A stretch of DNA of 64,000 nucleotides, taken from the IMG/VR virus record IMGVR_UViG_3300029448_000001, positions 32,001 through 96,000 of that record, one strand, 5' to 3'. Made by a program: the position numbers and the translations under genes. The notes under the pieces are model-generated. The model was given only the letters and a program-made list of their open reading frames with translations, had not been told where the DNA came from and did no database searches. The DNA is from a virus. How positions within the stretch are numbered: the first letter of the stretch is position 1; every line of letters starts with the position of its first letter. This document shows positions 9,628-18,406 of this stretch, one piece after another.

Positions 9628-11433
9628 TTATATTACTCCATCAAGAGGATTTTTCTTTTCATAAATTAGTTTTGCATTTGTATCAATAGTTCTTTTTGCT
9701 TCATCTGAATTTAACCATTCAAATAATTCATTCAGTTCTTTTAAATCACATCTTCCAGGTTTATGCACTTGAACAAGAAGTATAGCCTGATATGCAACAT
9801 TATTATAATGCTGTAAAGCAAAATCTACATCATCTTTTTTAATTTTTTGTTCTTTCAAAAGTCTTTGCCAATGAGGGGTAAACATAAATTGAACATCACA
9901 TAAATCCATATCAACATTTAAATCAAACGCTAATTTTGAAATATTTTTCTTTGCTCGTATTTGATCTAATGTTTCATTCATATTTAAATGTCTGAAAAAT
10001 CCTAAATTGGGTATTCTTTTAATGTATGGGTCTTCTTTAGCTAAATCTGAATTCCAATGTGGGATTTGTATTTCCCAAATAGCTGAGTTACTAGAAACTC
10101 TGTACATTTCTTTTATGATTTCATGAAAGTTTTCTTTTGTATCTCCTAAGTACTCAAGAACATTCTTAGCAACAATATGTGAAAATTCTTCATCTTTAAA
10201 TGGCCAAGGAGTTTTATTTAAATCTAAAACAACATCAGGCTCAACTCTTTTATCAATATCTACATTTACATAATCATCAAATTTATCGAATCCACAACCT
10301 AAATTAAGTCTCTTAAAATCTCTGTCTTCATTAGGCATTTCTACAGAATTTAAAGAAAACTTTTTTTCTAATTGTTTATATACTTCAGCAAATGTATCAT
10401 TCCATTTAGTATAAGTTTTTTGTCTGAATACTTTTGCAGTTTTATAATATGGAGAAGTTGTCGAAGTTGGAGCACCACAAGTCCATGTATGATAAGGTAA
10501 ACATGGAACCATGACCCATGTTTCTTTACCCATAGCCGCAGATAAATGAGCAATACTTGTACAAGAAGTAATTACTAAATCCAGATTCATGATGGCGGCC
10601 GCAGTATCGTCCCATGTGTTTAACTTATCTTGTAAATCTGTAATTTCTTTTGAAAGTTCAACTACGTTATGATCTTTTTGAAGACTGTAGATATCTAAAT
10701 CTTCATACTTTGTTAGATTAATTAAAAACTCTGGAGGAAATCTACGAAACTGTTGATGTTCAAATTTAGGATTACCTGCCCAACGAATACCAACTTTAAA
10801 CTTTTTTCCTTTTTTAAGTTTGACTATTTTAGACCATTTTCTTACTTCATCATCTTTTGCCGACAAATAATTATGATTCGGAAAATCTTCAAAAGTATGT
10901 CCTGCTACCCAACCTGCTGAGAACCCAGGTACCCAAAAATCATGGTCTACTTTATCAAACTGATTTCTTAAAATTACTCCATCAACTCCAGGCACTCTTT
11001 TAAACAAATCATCTATATCTTTAGAACACGCCAGATAAACTTTCTCTGCTCCTAAATCTTTATACGACTTGGCAAATCTAGCATGTATCATCTCATCTCC
11101 ATATCCACCTTCAAGAGATATGATAATTGTTTTACCTCTAATGCTATGAACACTAGGATTGTAAAGAGGTGCTTTTGTATTAGGAACTCCATTTCCATAT
11201 ACGCTTAGAAATCTTCCATTCTCTAATAGTTTAGAGCCTTCTTGATACTTACCTTCTTGAATTAAAAACCAACCTCTATTAAAAGAATGTCTTAACCAGA
11301 TGTCTTCAGTATTCTTTCCATTACCATCTAATATTTTATCTTTACCTATATTTTCTAGTTTATCAGATAATTTTCTAGCTTGTTCATGTTTACCTTCAAG
11401 CTGAAGTTTTAACATTTCATCTATTTCGTGCAT
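9628..11433 (-). CDS. TPR-like / GT9 heptosyltransferase-like / class I SAM methyltransferase fusion
   Basis: EGGYGD, VGIRWAGNP, DTAAAIMNLDLVITSCTSIAHLSAAMG (GT9-like); LNLGCG and YVNVD (MTase). Confidence 0.75.
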   Translation of the reverse strand: MHEIDEMLKLQLEGKHEQARKLSDKLENIGKDKILDGNGKNTEDIWLRHSFNRGWFLIQEGKYQEGSKLLENGRFLSVYGNGVPNTKAPLYNPSVHSIRGKTIIISLEGGYGDEMIHARFAKSYKDLGAEKVYLACSKDIDDLFKRVPGVDGVILRNQFDKVDHDFWVPGFSAGWVAGHTFEDFPNHNYLSAKDDEVRKWSKIVKLKKGKKFKVGIRWAGNPKFEHQQFRRFPPEFLINLTKYEDLDIYSLQKDHNVVELSKEITDLQDKLNTWDDTAAAIMNLDLVITSCTSIAHLSAAMGKETWVMVPCLPYHTWTCGAPTSTTSPYYKTAKVFRQKTYTKWNDTFAEVYKQLEKKFSLNSVEMPNEDRDFKRLNLGCGFDKFDDYVNVDIDKRVEPDVVLDLNKTPWPFKDEEFSHIVAKNVLEYLGDTKENFHEIIKEMYRVSSNSAIWEIQIPHWNSDLAKEDPYIKRIPNLGFFRHLNMNETLDQIRAKKNISKLAFDLNVDMDLCDVQFMFTPHWQRLLKEQKIKKDDVDFALQHYNNVAYQAILLVQVHKPGRCDLKELNELFEWLNSDEAKRTIDTNAKLIYEKKNPLDGVI

Positions 11434-11442
11434 TTCACTCCC

Positions 11443-12306
11443 TTATAGAATATCATTAAGTTTATTTAAATCAGCACATGTCCAATCTTGATAGTGAACT
11501 TTAAGTTCTTCAGGCATCTTTATGAAATCTATTTTAGAGTTATGTTTAGTTTGTATTTCATGAGCAACATCAAGAAATGATTTTACTTTACCTGTGCCAC
11601 AATTATATATGCCGTTTACAGTATCAAATTTTTCTGCTAATTTAAATTTGATATCTAAGACTTCATCAACATGTATAAAATCTCTAAAAAAATTATCAGA
11701 ACCTTCAAAGACTTTACAAGAACCTGTTTCTAAAACTTGTTCTTCAAATTTAGTATAAGGACTAGCTTGGTCTCCTTTATGAGTTTCATTATTTCCGTAC
11801 ACGTTAAAATATCTGAGACCTTGTATTTTAGCTTCAGGCATTTTCTTTATAAGTCTTTCAACGTATACGTCAATTAAATATTTTGAATATGAGTAAAGAT
11901 TTAAAGGATTTAATTTATCACTCTCTTTACTTTTAGTTCCTTTTTCTACTTTTCCATACATACTAGCCGAACTAGCATATTGTATAGGAACGTCATGTCT
12001 AATACACTTTCGTATTAGTTTTTTAGTGAATTCATAATTTCTATTTAACACTAAGTTTCCATCAGTTTCAGTAGTAGAAGTTATTGCTCCCTCATGAAAA
12101 ACTTTTGTAACTTTATCCCATTCATTAAAATGTTTTATGAATACATCAGGATTAAAAAGTCTTTGAATGTCTGAACAATTTACGTTACTAAATTTTTGAG
12201 TTATGTCATCATAATCCTCAACTACCGCAAATTTAACTTTATCTTTTATTAATCTTTTAACTAAGTTTGATCCTATAAATCCAAACCCACCTGTCACTAT
12301 TATCAT
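11443..12306 (-). CDS. hldD: ADP-L-glycero-D-manno-heptose 6-epimerase
   Basis: MIIVTGGFGFIGSNL start (true start 12306), HEGAITSTTE, YASSAS, YxxSK, LRYFNVYG. Confidence 0.88.
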   Translation of the reverse strand: MIIVTGGFGFIGSNLVKRLIKDKVKFAVVEDYDDITQKFSNVNCSDIQRLFNPDVFIKHFNEWDKVTKVFHEGAITSTTETDGNLVLNRNYEFTKKLIRKCIRHDVPIQYASSASMYGKVEKGTKSKESDKLNPLNLYSYSKYLIDVYVERLIKKMPEAKIQGLRYFNVYGNNETHKGDQASPYTKFEEQVLETGSCKVFEGSDNFFRDFIHVDEVLDIKFKLAEKFDTVNGIYNCGTGKVKSFLDVAHEIQTKHNSKIDFIKMPEELKVHYQDWTCADLNKLNDIL

Positions 12307-12662
12307 GTCTGAGAGTCTCCTGGTTCTATTCTGTAATTGTCTTCTACTGAATCTGGCGTTGAAACTTCTAATATTGTTCCTTTCGTTAAACATATAAGTT
12401 GATGAGGAACACATGGTTTATTTCTCCACACATCTCCTCTATCAAGAACTGTTGAATGCTGTTCTGCGGTTTTAGTGTCAATCCATTTTACTGTAAACAT
12501 TCCCTCTAATACATACCAAGTTTCATCTTTTTCTTTATGAAAATGCATAGAAAATTTTTGACCTTGCTTATCAAATCTTAAAAATTTTCCACAATACTTA
12601 TCATTAGTTGCCCATATTAATTCAGACCCCCAACCTTTTTTTACTTCTCCATCAAGCCGCAT
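12303..12662 (-). CDS. Cupin, mannose-6-phosphate isomerase-like
   Basis: KGWGSE, FSMHFHKEKDETWYV, PHQL, EVST motifs. Confidence 0.8.
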   Translation of the reverse strand: MRLDGEVKKGWGSELIWATNDKYCGKFLRFDKQGQKFSMHFHKEKDETWYVLEGMFTVKWIDTKTAEQHSTVLDRGDVWRNKPCVPHQLICLTKGTILEVSTPDSVEDNYRIEPGDSQT

Positions 12663-13932
12663 TCTTAACCTTTTCTATAATTTTAGTTGTAGAGTGCCCT
12701 TCAAGAAGAGGTATAATGACAGTCTTTTTTACAATATCATGCCCTATAACATCTTCTTTTTTGTAGTCTCCACCTTTAGTTATTATATCAGGCTTTATTT
12801 TGTTTATTAAGTCAAGAGGCGTATTTTCTTCAAAAATTATTACTTCATCTACAAAATCTAAAGCAAGTAACATTTTCTTTCTATCTTCTTGATTTACAAC
12901 AGGTCTGTCATCACCTTTTATTCTTTTAACGCTTTCATCTGAATTCAATCCTACGACTAGTTTATCGCCTAGTTTTTTAGTTTTTTTAAGATAGTCAACA
13001 TGACCACTATGAAGCAAATCAAATACTCCGTTTGTAAATACAGTTTTTATTATTCCTAAGTCTTTTTGAGAAACAGAACTTGTTCCTTTTTTAGTAACTA
13101 CTGCTGATGCACCTTGATTTGCCAATTCTACAGCATCATTTACGCTATAATTTTTATCAATTCCATAAGCAATTGATGCCGTTACAGTATCACCAGCACC
13201 AGTAACGTCAAAGACTTCTTTAGCTATAGCTTTTCTGAATTTGAATTTATCTTTAGAAATTAAAATCATACCTTTATTTCCTAATGTAACTAATAAATAT
13301 TCAGCATTTACAGACTCTAAGACTGCTCTACCTTTTTCAATAATATCTAAATTATTATTACATTTTCCTACAGTTTGTTCAAACTCTTTTAAATTGGGTT
13401 TTAATAACCAACAATCTGAGTATTTTGATAAGTTGTTTTTAGGGTCAACTATAATTTTATTATTTGTCTTCTTTATATGATAAATAATATGATTCAATTT
13501 ATTACCTAGTGTTCCTTTTGCATAATCGCTAATTATTACGCAAGAGTATTTACTAAAATCTGTTTTGAGTATTAGATTAAACAACTGTTGGTTGTCATAT
13601 TTCAAATCATGGTCAATTCTAGCATAGTAATGGTTATTAGTATAAATTCTAGTTTTGTGGGATTTAAGACCATTAGAGGGTAAAACATTTTGTAGATTTA
13701 AATGAGTATTTCCTACAAGTATTTCATCTAGCCATGTTTTATCTAAAATCGCAAACAAATCAGTTTTAACTTTTAATTTTTTTAGATTTTGTGCTACGTT
13801 GCCTGCTCCTCCGGACAAAAACTTCTTGTGTGTGTATTCAATTACTGGAACAGGGGCTTCAGGACTTAATCTGCTACTCTCACCGTACAAATATTCATCA
13901 ATAATTAAATCGCCTATTACTGCTACACTCAT
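12652..13932 (-). CDS. hldE: Bifunctional heptose 7-phosphate kinase / heptose 1-phosphate adenylyltransferase
   Basis: RLSPEAPVPV, GGAGNVA, DYAKG, DVTGAGDT (kinase); FTNGVFDLLHSGH, KGGDY, GHSTT (nucleotidyltransferase). Confidence 0.92.
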   Translation of the reverse strand: MSVAVIGDLIIDEYLYGESSRLSPEAPVPVIEYTHKKFLSGGAGNVAQNLKKLKVKTDLFAILDKTWLDEILVGNTHLNLQNVLPSNGLKSHKTRIYTNNHYYARIDHDLKYDNQQLFNLILKTDFSKYSCVIISDYAKGTLGNKLNHIIYHIKKTNNKIIVDPKNNLSKYSDCWLLKPNLKEFEQTVGKCNNNLDIIEKGRAVLESVNAEYLLVTLGNKGMILISKDKFKFRKAIAKEVFDVTGAGDTVTASIAYGIDKNYSVNDAVELANQGASAVVTKKGTSSVSQKDLGIIKTVFTNGVFDLLHSGHVDYLKKTKKLGDKLVVGLNSDESVKRIKGDDRPVVNQEDRKKMLLALDFVDEVIIFEENTPLDLINKIKPDIITKGGDYKKEDVIGHDIVKKTVIIPLLEGHSTTKIIEKVKNAA

Positions 13933-13972
13933 ATTGCATTCTCCATTATCATAAATAGTCTAAAATGTCGTG

Positions 13973-13988
13973 TTTATTTATAAATAAA
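13973..13988. promoter_or_regulatory. Bidirectional T4-type late promoter
   Basis: Palindrome TTTATTTATAAATAAA gives TATAAATA on both strands between divergent hldE and gp13. Confidence 0.7.
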
Positions 13989-14012
13989 AAAGTATACTCT
14001 GGAGAAAAATAA

Positions 14013-14765
14013 ATGGCTAAACCTACAACAAGAGAAGATTTTAAAGAATATTGTCTGCGTAAACTTGGTAAACCTGTAATAGAAATTAATGTAGACGATA
14101 CACAAATTGAAGATAGAATAGATCAAGCAATATTGTATTATCAAGATTATCATTTTGATGGAACTCAAAAGGTCTATCTTGCCCATTCTATCACGGCAGA
14201 TGATATAACGAATAAGTATTTAGATATATCTTCTATCTCATCTAAAGTAACTAGTATTGTTCGTGTACTAGATATCGGAGATAGTTATTCCACAAATAAT
14301 TTATTTAATTTAAGGTATCAAATTTCTTTAAATGACCTATATGCTTTTCATTCAACGCAATTTTCTCCTTATTATATGGCATTACAAAACATAGCTTTAG
14401 CTGAAGAAATTTTTGTAGGAAAACAAGGAATACGTTTTAATCGTCATGTAAACAAATTACATATTGATATGGATTGGAATTCTAAAACTGTAGTGGGAGA
14501 GTTTATAATTATAGAAGCATATGAAATTTTAGACCCAGATACATTCACAGATGTTTGGTCAGATTACTGGTTACAAAATTATACTACTCAACTAATAAAA
14601 CAACAATGGGGAACAAACCTTAAAAAGTTTGAAGGTCTAAGTATGCCCGGTGGGTTAACATTTAATGGTCAACAAATATATCAAGAAGCATCAGATGAAA
14701 TACAAAAATTAGAACAAGAAATGATAACTTCATATTCTTTGCCTGTAAATGATATGGTTGGTTAA
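14013..14765 (+). CDS. gp13: Neck protein
   Basis: LRKLGKPVIEINV, QWGTNLKKF, MPGGLTFNG; synteny. Confidence 0.92.
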   Translation: MAKPTTREDFKEYCLRKLGKPVIEINVDDTQIEDRIDQAILYYQDYHFDGTQKVYLAHSITADDITNKYLDISSISSKVTSIVRVLDIGDSYSTNNLFNLRYQISLNDLYAFHSTQFSPYYMALQNIALAEEIFVGKQGIRFNRHVNKLHIDMDWNSKTVVGEFIIIEAYEILDPDTFTDVWSDYWLQNYTTQLIKQQWGTNLKKFEGLSMPGGLTFNGQQIYQEASDEIQKLEQEMITSYSLPVNDMVG

Positions 14766-14767
14766 TT

Positions 14768-15580
14768 ATGAGAAATAGACATTTTAATCAATATAATACA
14801 TCTTCAGAACAAAATTTAACTGAAGATTTAATTATTGAAGCACTAAAAATATATGGGCACACAGTATATTATTTACCTAGAACTCATGTAAATTTAGATA
14901 GGCTGTATGGTGAAGATGGTTCTGTATTATATGATGATGCAATAGAACTTGAAATGTATATTAAAAATGTTGAAGGGTTTGATGGTCAACAAGATTTTAT
15001 ATCTAAATTTGGTTTACAAGTTGACGAGCAAATAACTTTTTCTTTGGCAATAAAAAGATTTACTCAAGCACTTAAAACAAGTTTAGCTACAGAATATTCA
15101 TACAATCTTATAAATGAAGATGGTAATCAATTACTATTAGATGCTTCAGATACTTACGACTATTCATCTATATTTAGGCCAAGAGATGGTGATTTAATTT
15201 GGTTGCCTATGGTTCAATCAATGTACGAAATAAAATATACACAAGACGAGGAATATTTCTTTCAGTTAGGTAAATTATATACTTACGAATTGAGATGCGA
15301 AAGATTTGAATACTCCTCAGAAAGACTTGATACTGGAATTGCCAATGTTGATATTATTGAAGATAATAGTAGCTTATCAACTTCAATTTCTGATGAAATA
15401 TTGTTGGAAGATGAAAACAAAATGTTACTTGAAGATTCTTCAACTCTTATTATAGAAGGTAATGTTATACAAGCAAGAGCAAATACATCAGATAATGACT
15501 TTATAACTTCTGAAGTTAAAAACGAAGATGTATTAGACTTTAGTGAGCATAATCCATTTGCACTTACAAGGGAGTATTAA
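14768..15580 (+). CDS. gp14: Neck / head completion protein
   Basis: YYLPR, SKFGL, FFQLGK, LDFSEHNPF; synteny. Confidence 0.9.
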   Translation: MRNRHFNQYNTSSEQNLTEDLIIEALKIYGHTVYYLPRTHVNLDRLYGEDGSVLYDDAIELEMYIKNVEGFDGQQDFISKFGLQVDEQITFSLAIKRFTQALKTSLATEYSYNLINEDGNQLLLDASDTYDYSSIFRPRDGDLIWLPMVQSMYEIKYTQDEEYFFQLGKLYTYELRCERFEYSSERLDTGIANVDIIEDNSSLSTSISDEILLEDENKMLLEDSSTLIIEGNVIQARANTSDNDFITSEVKNEDVLDFSEHNPFALTREY

Positions 15581-15583
15581 ACT

Positions 15584-16345
15584 ATGATGTTCGGACACGA
15601 TTTTTACAACGGAACTCTTAGAAGATATATTGTTATGTTTGGAAATATATTTAATGACCTTCAAGTCGATAGATATGCTTCAGATGGAACTACGCCTATA
15701 CAATCAGTTTATGTTCCAATTGAATATGGACCTAAACAAAAATTTATACAGAGAGTAACTAGAAATCCTGATTTGGAATCTGAAGAATTTTCTACTCAAG
15801 TTCCTAGATTAGGTTTTGAAATGACTGCTATGACTTATTCTCCTTTGAGAAAATTAAATAGTCTTCATAAAATGAAAAACGGAACATTTTCTAGTTCCAT
15901 AGACTTTTCACAATCTTTTTCTCCTGTAGCTTATGATTTAAATTTTACTCTTCATGTTTTAGTTAAAAACGCAGAGGACGGAACTCAAATTGTTGAGCAG
16001 ATTGTTCCTTTCTTTACACCTGACTTTACAGTCACTATGAAAGTCTTGCCTGATATAGATTTAAAATTAGACATACCTATAGAATTAACTAATATAGCAA
16101 TTGATGACCAATATGAAGGAGACTTTGAAACTAGAAGAATATTAACATATAGTTTAGATTTTATTGTAAAAGGATATCTGTTCGGTCCTATTATTCGCAA
16201 TAAGTATATTGCTGATTTGACTGTAAGATTTAAAGACGATTCACAATCTTTTGTTGAACCTAGAACGGTTTCTTCTTTTAGAACCACAGGTAATAGTGAA
16301 TTCATTGCAAACACTACATATACAAATAACACGCCGAGAGATTAA
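15584..16345 (+). CDS. gp15: Tail sheath stabilizer / completion protein
   Basis: VPIEYGPKQKF, PRLGFE, QIVEQIVPFFTP, YEGDF. Confidence 0.92.
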   Translation: MMFGHDFYNGTLRRYIVMFGNIFNDLQVDRYASDGTTPIQSVYVPIEYGPKQKFIQRVTRNPDLESEEFSTQVPRLGFEMTAMTYSPLRKLNSLHKMKNGTFSSSIDFSQSFSPVAYDLNFTLHVLVKNAEDGTQIVEQIVPFFTPDFTVTMKVLPDIDLKLDIPIELTNIAIDDQYEGDFETRRILTYSLDFIVKGYLFGPIIRNKYIADLTVRFKDDSQSFVEPRTVSSFRTTGNSEFIANTTYTNNTPRD

Positions 16346-16347
16346 TA

Positions 16348-16719
16348 ATGAAAGATGTAGATAAAAAACTTAATCAAATATTAGACATAGATATTCTTCC
16401 AAAAAAGAATGAAATTGTTGTGCCTAAAAATGATGTCGAAGATGATTATGAATATGCTAGAGGAAATTTAAGAGATTTAATAGACCAAGGCAAAGAGACT
16501 TTACATAATTTAACATACTTAGCTAATGAGGGAGAATCTCCTAGAGCATATGAAGTTGTAGGTCAAATGATTAAAACTCTTACAGACACAAATAAAGAAT
16601 TGTTAGATTTAGCAAAAAAGGCAAAAGAACTTAACGGAGAATCTAATCCTACAAACGTAACAAACGCTTTGTTCGTAGGTAGCACAGCAGAGTTACAAAA
16701 ACTACTAAAAGAAAAATGA
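16348..16719 (+). CDS. gp16: Terminase small subunit
   Basis: DDYEYAR, PRAYEV, NALFVGSTAELQK. Confidence 0.92.
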   Translation: MKDVDKKLNQILDIDILPKKNEIVVPKNDVEDDYEYARGNLRDLIDQGKETLHNLTYLANEGESPRAYEVVGQMIKTLTDTNKELLDLAKKAKELNGESNPTNVTNALFVGSTAELQKLLKEK

Positions 16720-18338
16720 GCGGATATTTAGGAAAATCTACATTAAAGTCGGCTGAAACTACATTACAATATACTAAGGAACAACTTGAAGAATATATAA
16801 AATGTTTAAAAAATCCTGTATATTTTATTGATACTTATTGTAAAATAGTAACGCTTGATAAAGGATTACAACCTTTTAAGTTATATGATTGTCAGATAGA
16901 AAAAATTAAATTAATTCATGAAAATAGAAAAGTTATTCTCATGGAAGGAAGACAGCAAGGTAAAACTACAACTTCGGCCGCATACATTCTTTGGTATACT
17001 ATTTTTCAAGAAAGTAAAACAGTTGCAATATTGGCCAACAAAGCTACGGCGGCCAGAGAAGTTTTAAATAGGTATCAGATAATGTTTGAAAGTTTACCTA
17101 CTTGGTTACAGCAAGGAGTAACTACTTGGAACAAAGGAGATATTTATCTAGAAAATGGGTCTATAGTATTTACATCAGCAACAGCCGCCTCAGGTATTCG
17201 AGGAAAATCTGTAAACATGCTATACGTTGATGAAACTGCAATTATCCCTAATCAAATAGCAGATGATTTCTTCACTTCTGTTTATCCTACAATATCTGCT
17301 GGCGAAACAACTAAAATTTTATTAAGTTCAACTCCTTTGGGGTATAATCATTTTTGGAAATTTTGGAATGATGCTCAAGAAGGTAGAAATGGATTTGTTC
17401 CTTTGTTCATACCTTATACTGAAATACCTGGGAGAAATGAAGAGTGGGCAAATGAGCAACTTAAACTTTTGGGTGAATTAAAATATAATCAAGAAGTATT
17501 GTGTGAGTTTTTAGGTTCAAGTGATACTTTGATAAGACCAGATATAATTAGAAATCAATCGGCATCAACTCCTGTTTGGACAAAAGATAATTTAGATGTA
17601 TATGAAGATGCTCAAAAAGATAGAGCGTATGTTTTGGTCGCAGATACTTCTAGAGGAGTAGGTCAAGATTACTCAGCCTTTATTATATTTGATGCTACAG
17701 AATTGCCTTATAAAATTGTGGCAAAATATAGAAGTAATGAAATAGAACCACTAGTTTTTCCATCAATTATTCAGAAAGCTGGAAAAGAATTTAATAATGC
17801 TTATGTGCTAATTGAGATTAATTCTCATGAACAAGTAGCACAAATTTTATATCATGAATATGAATATGAAAATGTAGTTTTTGTAAATAGAAATACAGAC
17901 GGACAAGTTGTTTCTGGAGGATTTGGCGGAGGAAAGACACAGCTTGGAGTTTATACTGATGTGAAAACAAAAAGAATTGGTTGCTCAAATTTAAAGTCTT
18001 TAATTGAAGAGCAAAAACTAATTATACCTGATGCTGACGTTATATCAGAAATGTCAACTTTTATACGAAAAAGAACTAGTTATGCCGCCGACGACGGATA
18101 TCATGATGATTTAATGATGTGTTTGGTGTTATTTTCTTGGTTATCAACAAATCCGTATTTTAAAGAACTAACAAACGTAGACATAAGAACTGAGTTATAT
18201 CACGACAGAATTAAAAAAATTGAAAGTGAAATGGTACCCTTTGGCATTGTAGATGACGGAATGCATGAACCAGATGCTACTTTTATAGACAATCAGGGTC
18301 AATCATGGCAGACAGCAAACACTTTTGAAAAGTATTGA
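16716..18338 (+). CDS. gp17: Terminase large subunit
   Basis: RQQGKTT Walker A, YVDETA Walker B, SSTPLG, DTSRGVGQDYS, HDDLMM. Confidence 0.95.
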   Translation: MSGYLGKSTLKSAETTLQYTKEQLEEYIKCLKNPVYFIDTYCKIVTLDKGLQPFKLYDCQIEKIKLIHENRKVILMEGRQQGKTTTSAAYILWYTIFQESKTVAILANKATAAREVLNRYQIMFESLPTWLQQGVTTWNKGDIYLENGSIVFTSATAASGIRGKSVNMLYVDETAIIPNQIADDFFTSVYPTISAGETTKILLSSTPLGYNHFWKFWNDAQEGRNGFVPLFIPYTEIPGRNEEWANEQLKLLGELKYNQEVLCEFLGSSDTLIRPDIIRNQSASTPVWTKDNLDVYEDAQKDRAYVLVADTSRGVGQDYSAFIIFDATELPYKIVAKYRSNEIEPLVFPSIIQKAGKEFNNAYVLIEINSHEQVAQILYHEYEYENVVFVNRNTDGQVVSGGFGGGKTQLGVYTDVKTKRIGCSNLKSLIEEQKLIIPDADVISEMSTFIRKRTSYAADDGYHDDLMMCLVLFSWLSTNPYFKELTNVDIRTELYHDRIKKIESEMVPFGIVDDGMHEPDATFIDNQGQSWQTANTFEKY

Positions 18339-18341
18339 AAT

Positions 18342-18349
18342 TATAAATA
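18342..18349 (+). promoter_or_regulatory. Late promoter upstream of gp18
   Basis: TATAAATA in intergenic region. Confidence 0.75.
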
Positions 18350-18406
18350 AATTGAAAATAATAACAAAGTTCTTAGACAAATATTATTAGGACAAGGAGA
18401 AAATAA

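Noticed and set aside
12307-12414. 36-aa N-terminal extension of hldD in the ORF track
   Set aside because: It overlaps the cupin gene; the Rossmann motif begins at ATG 12306
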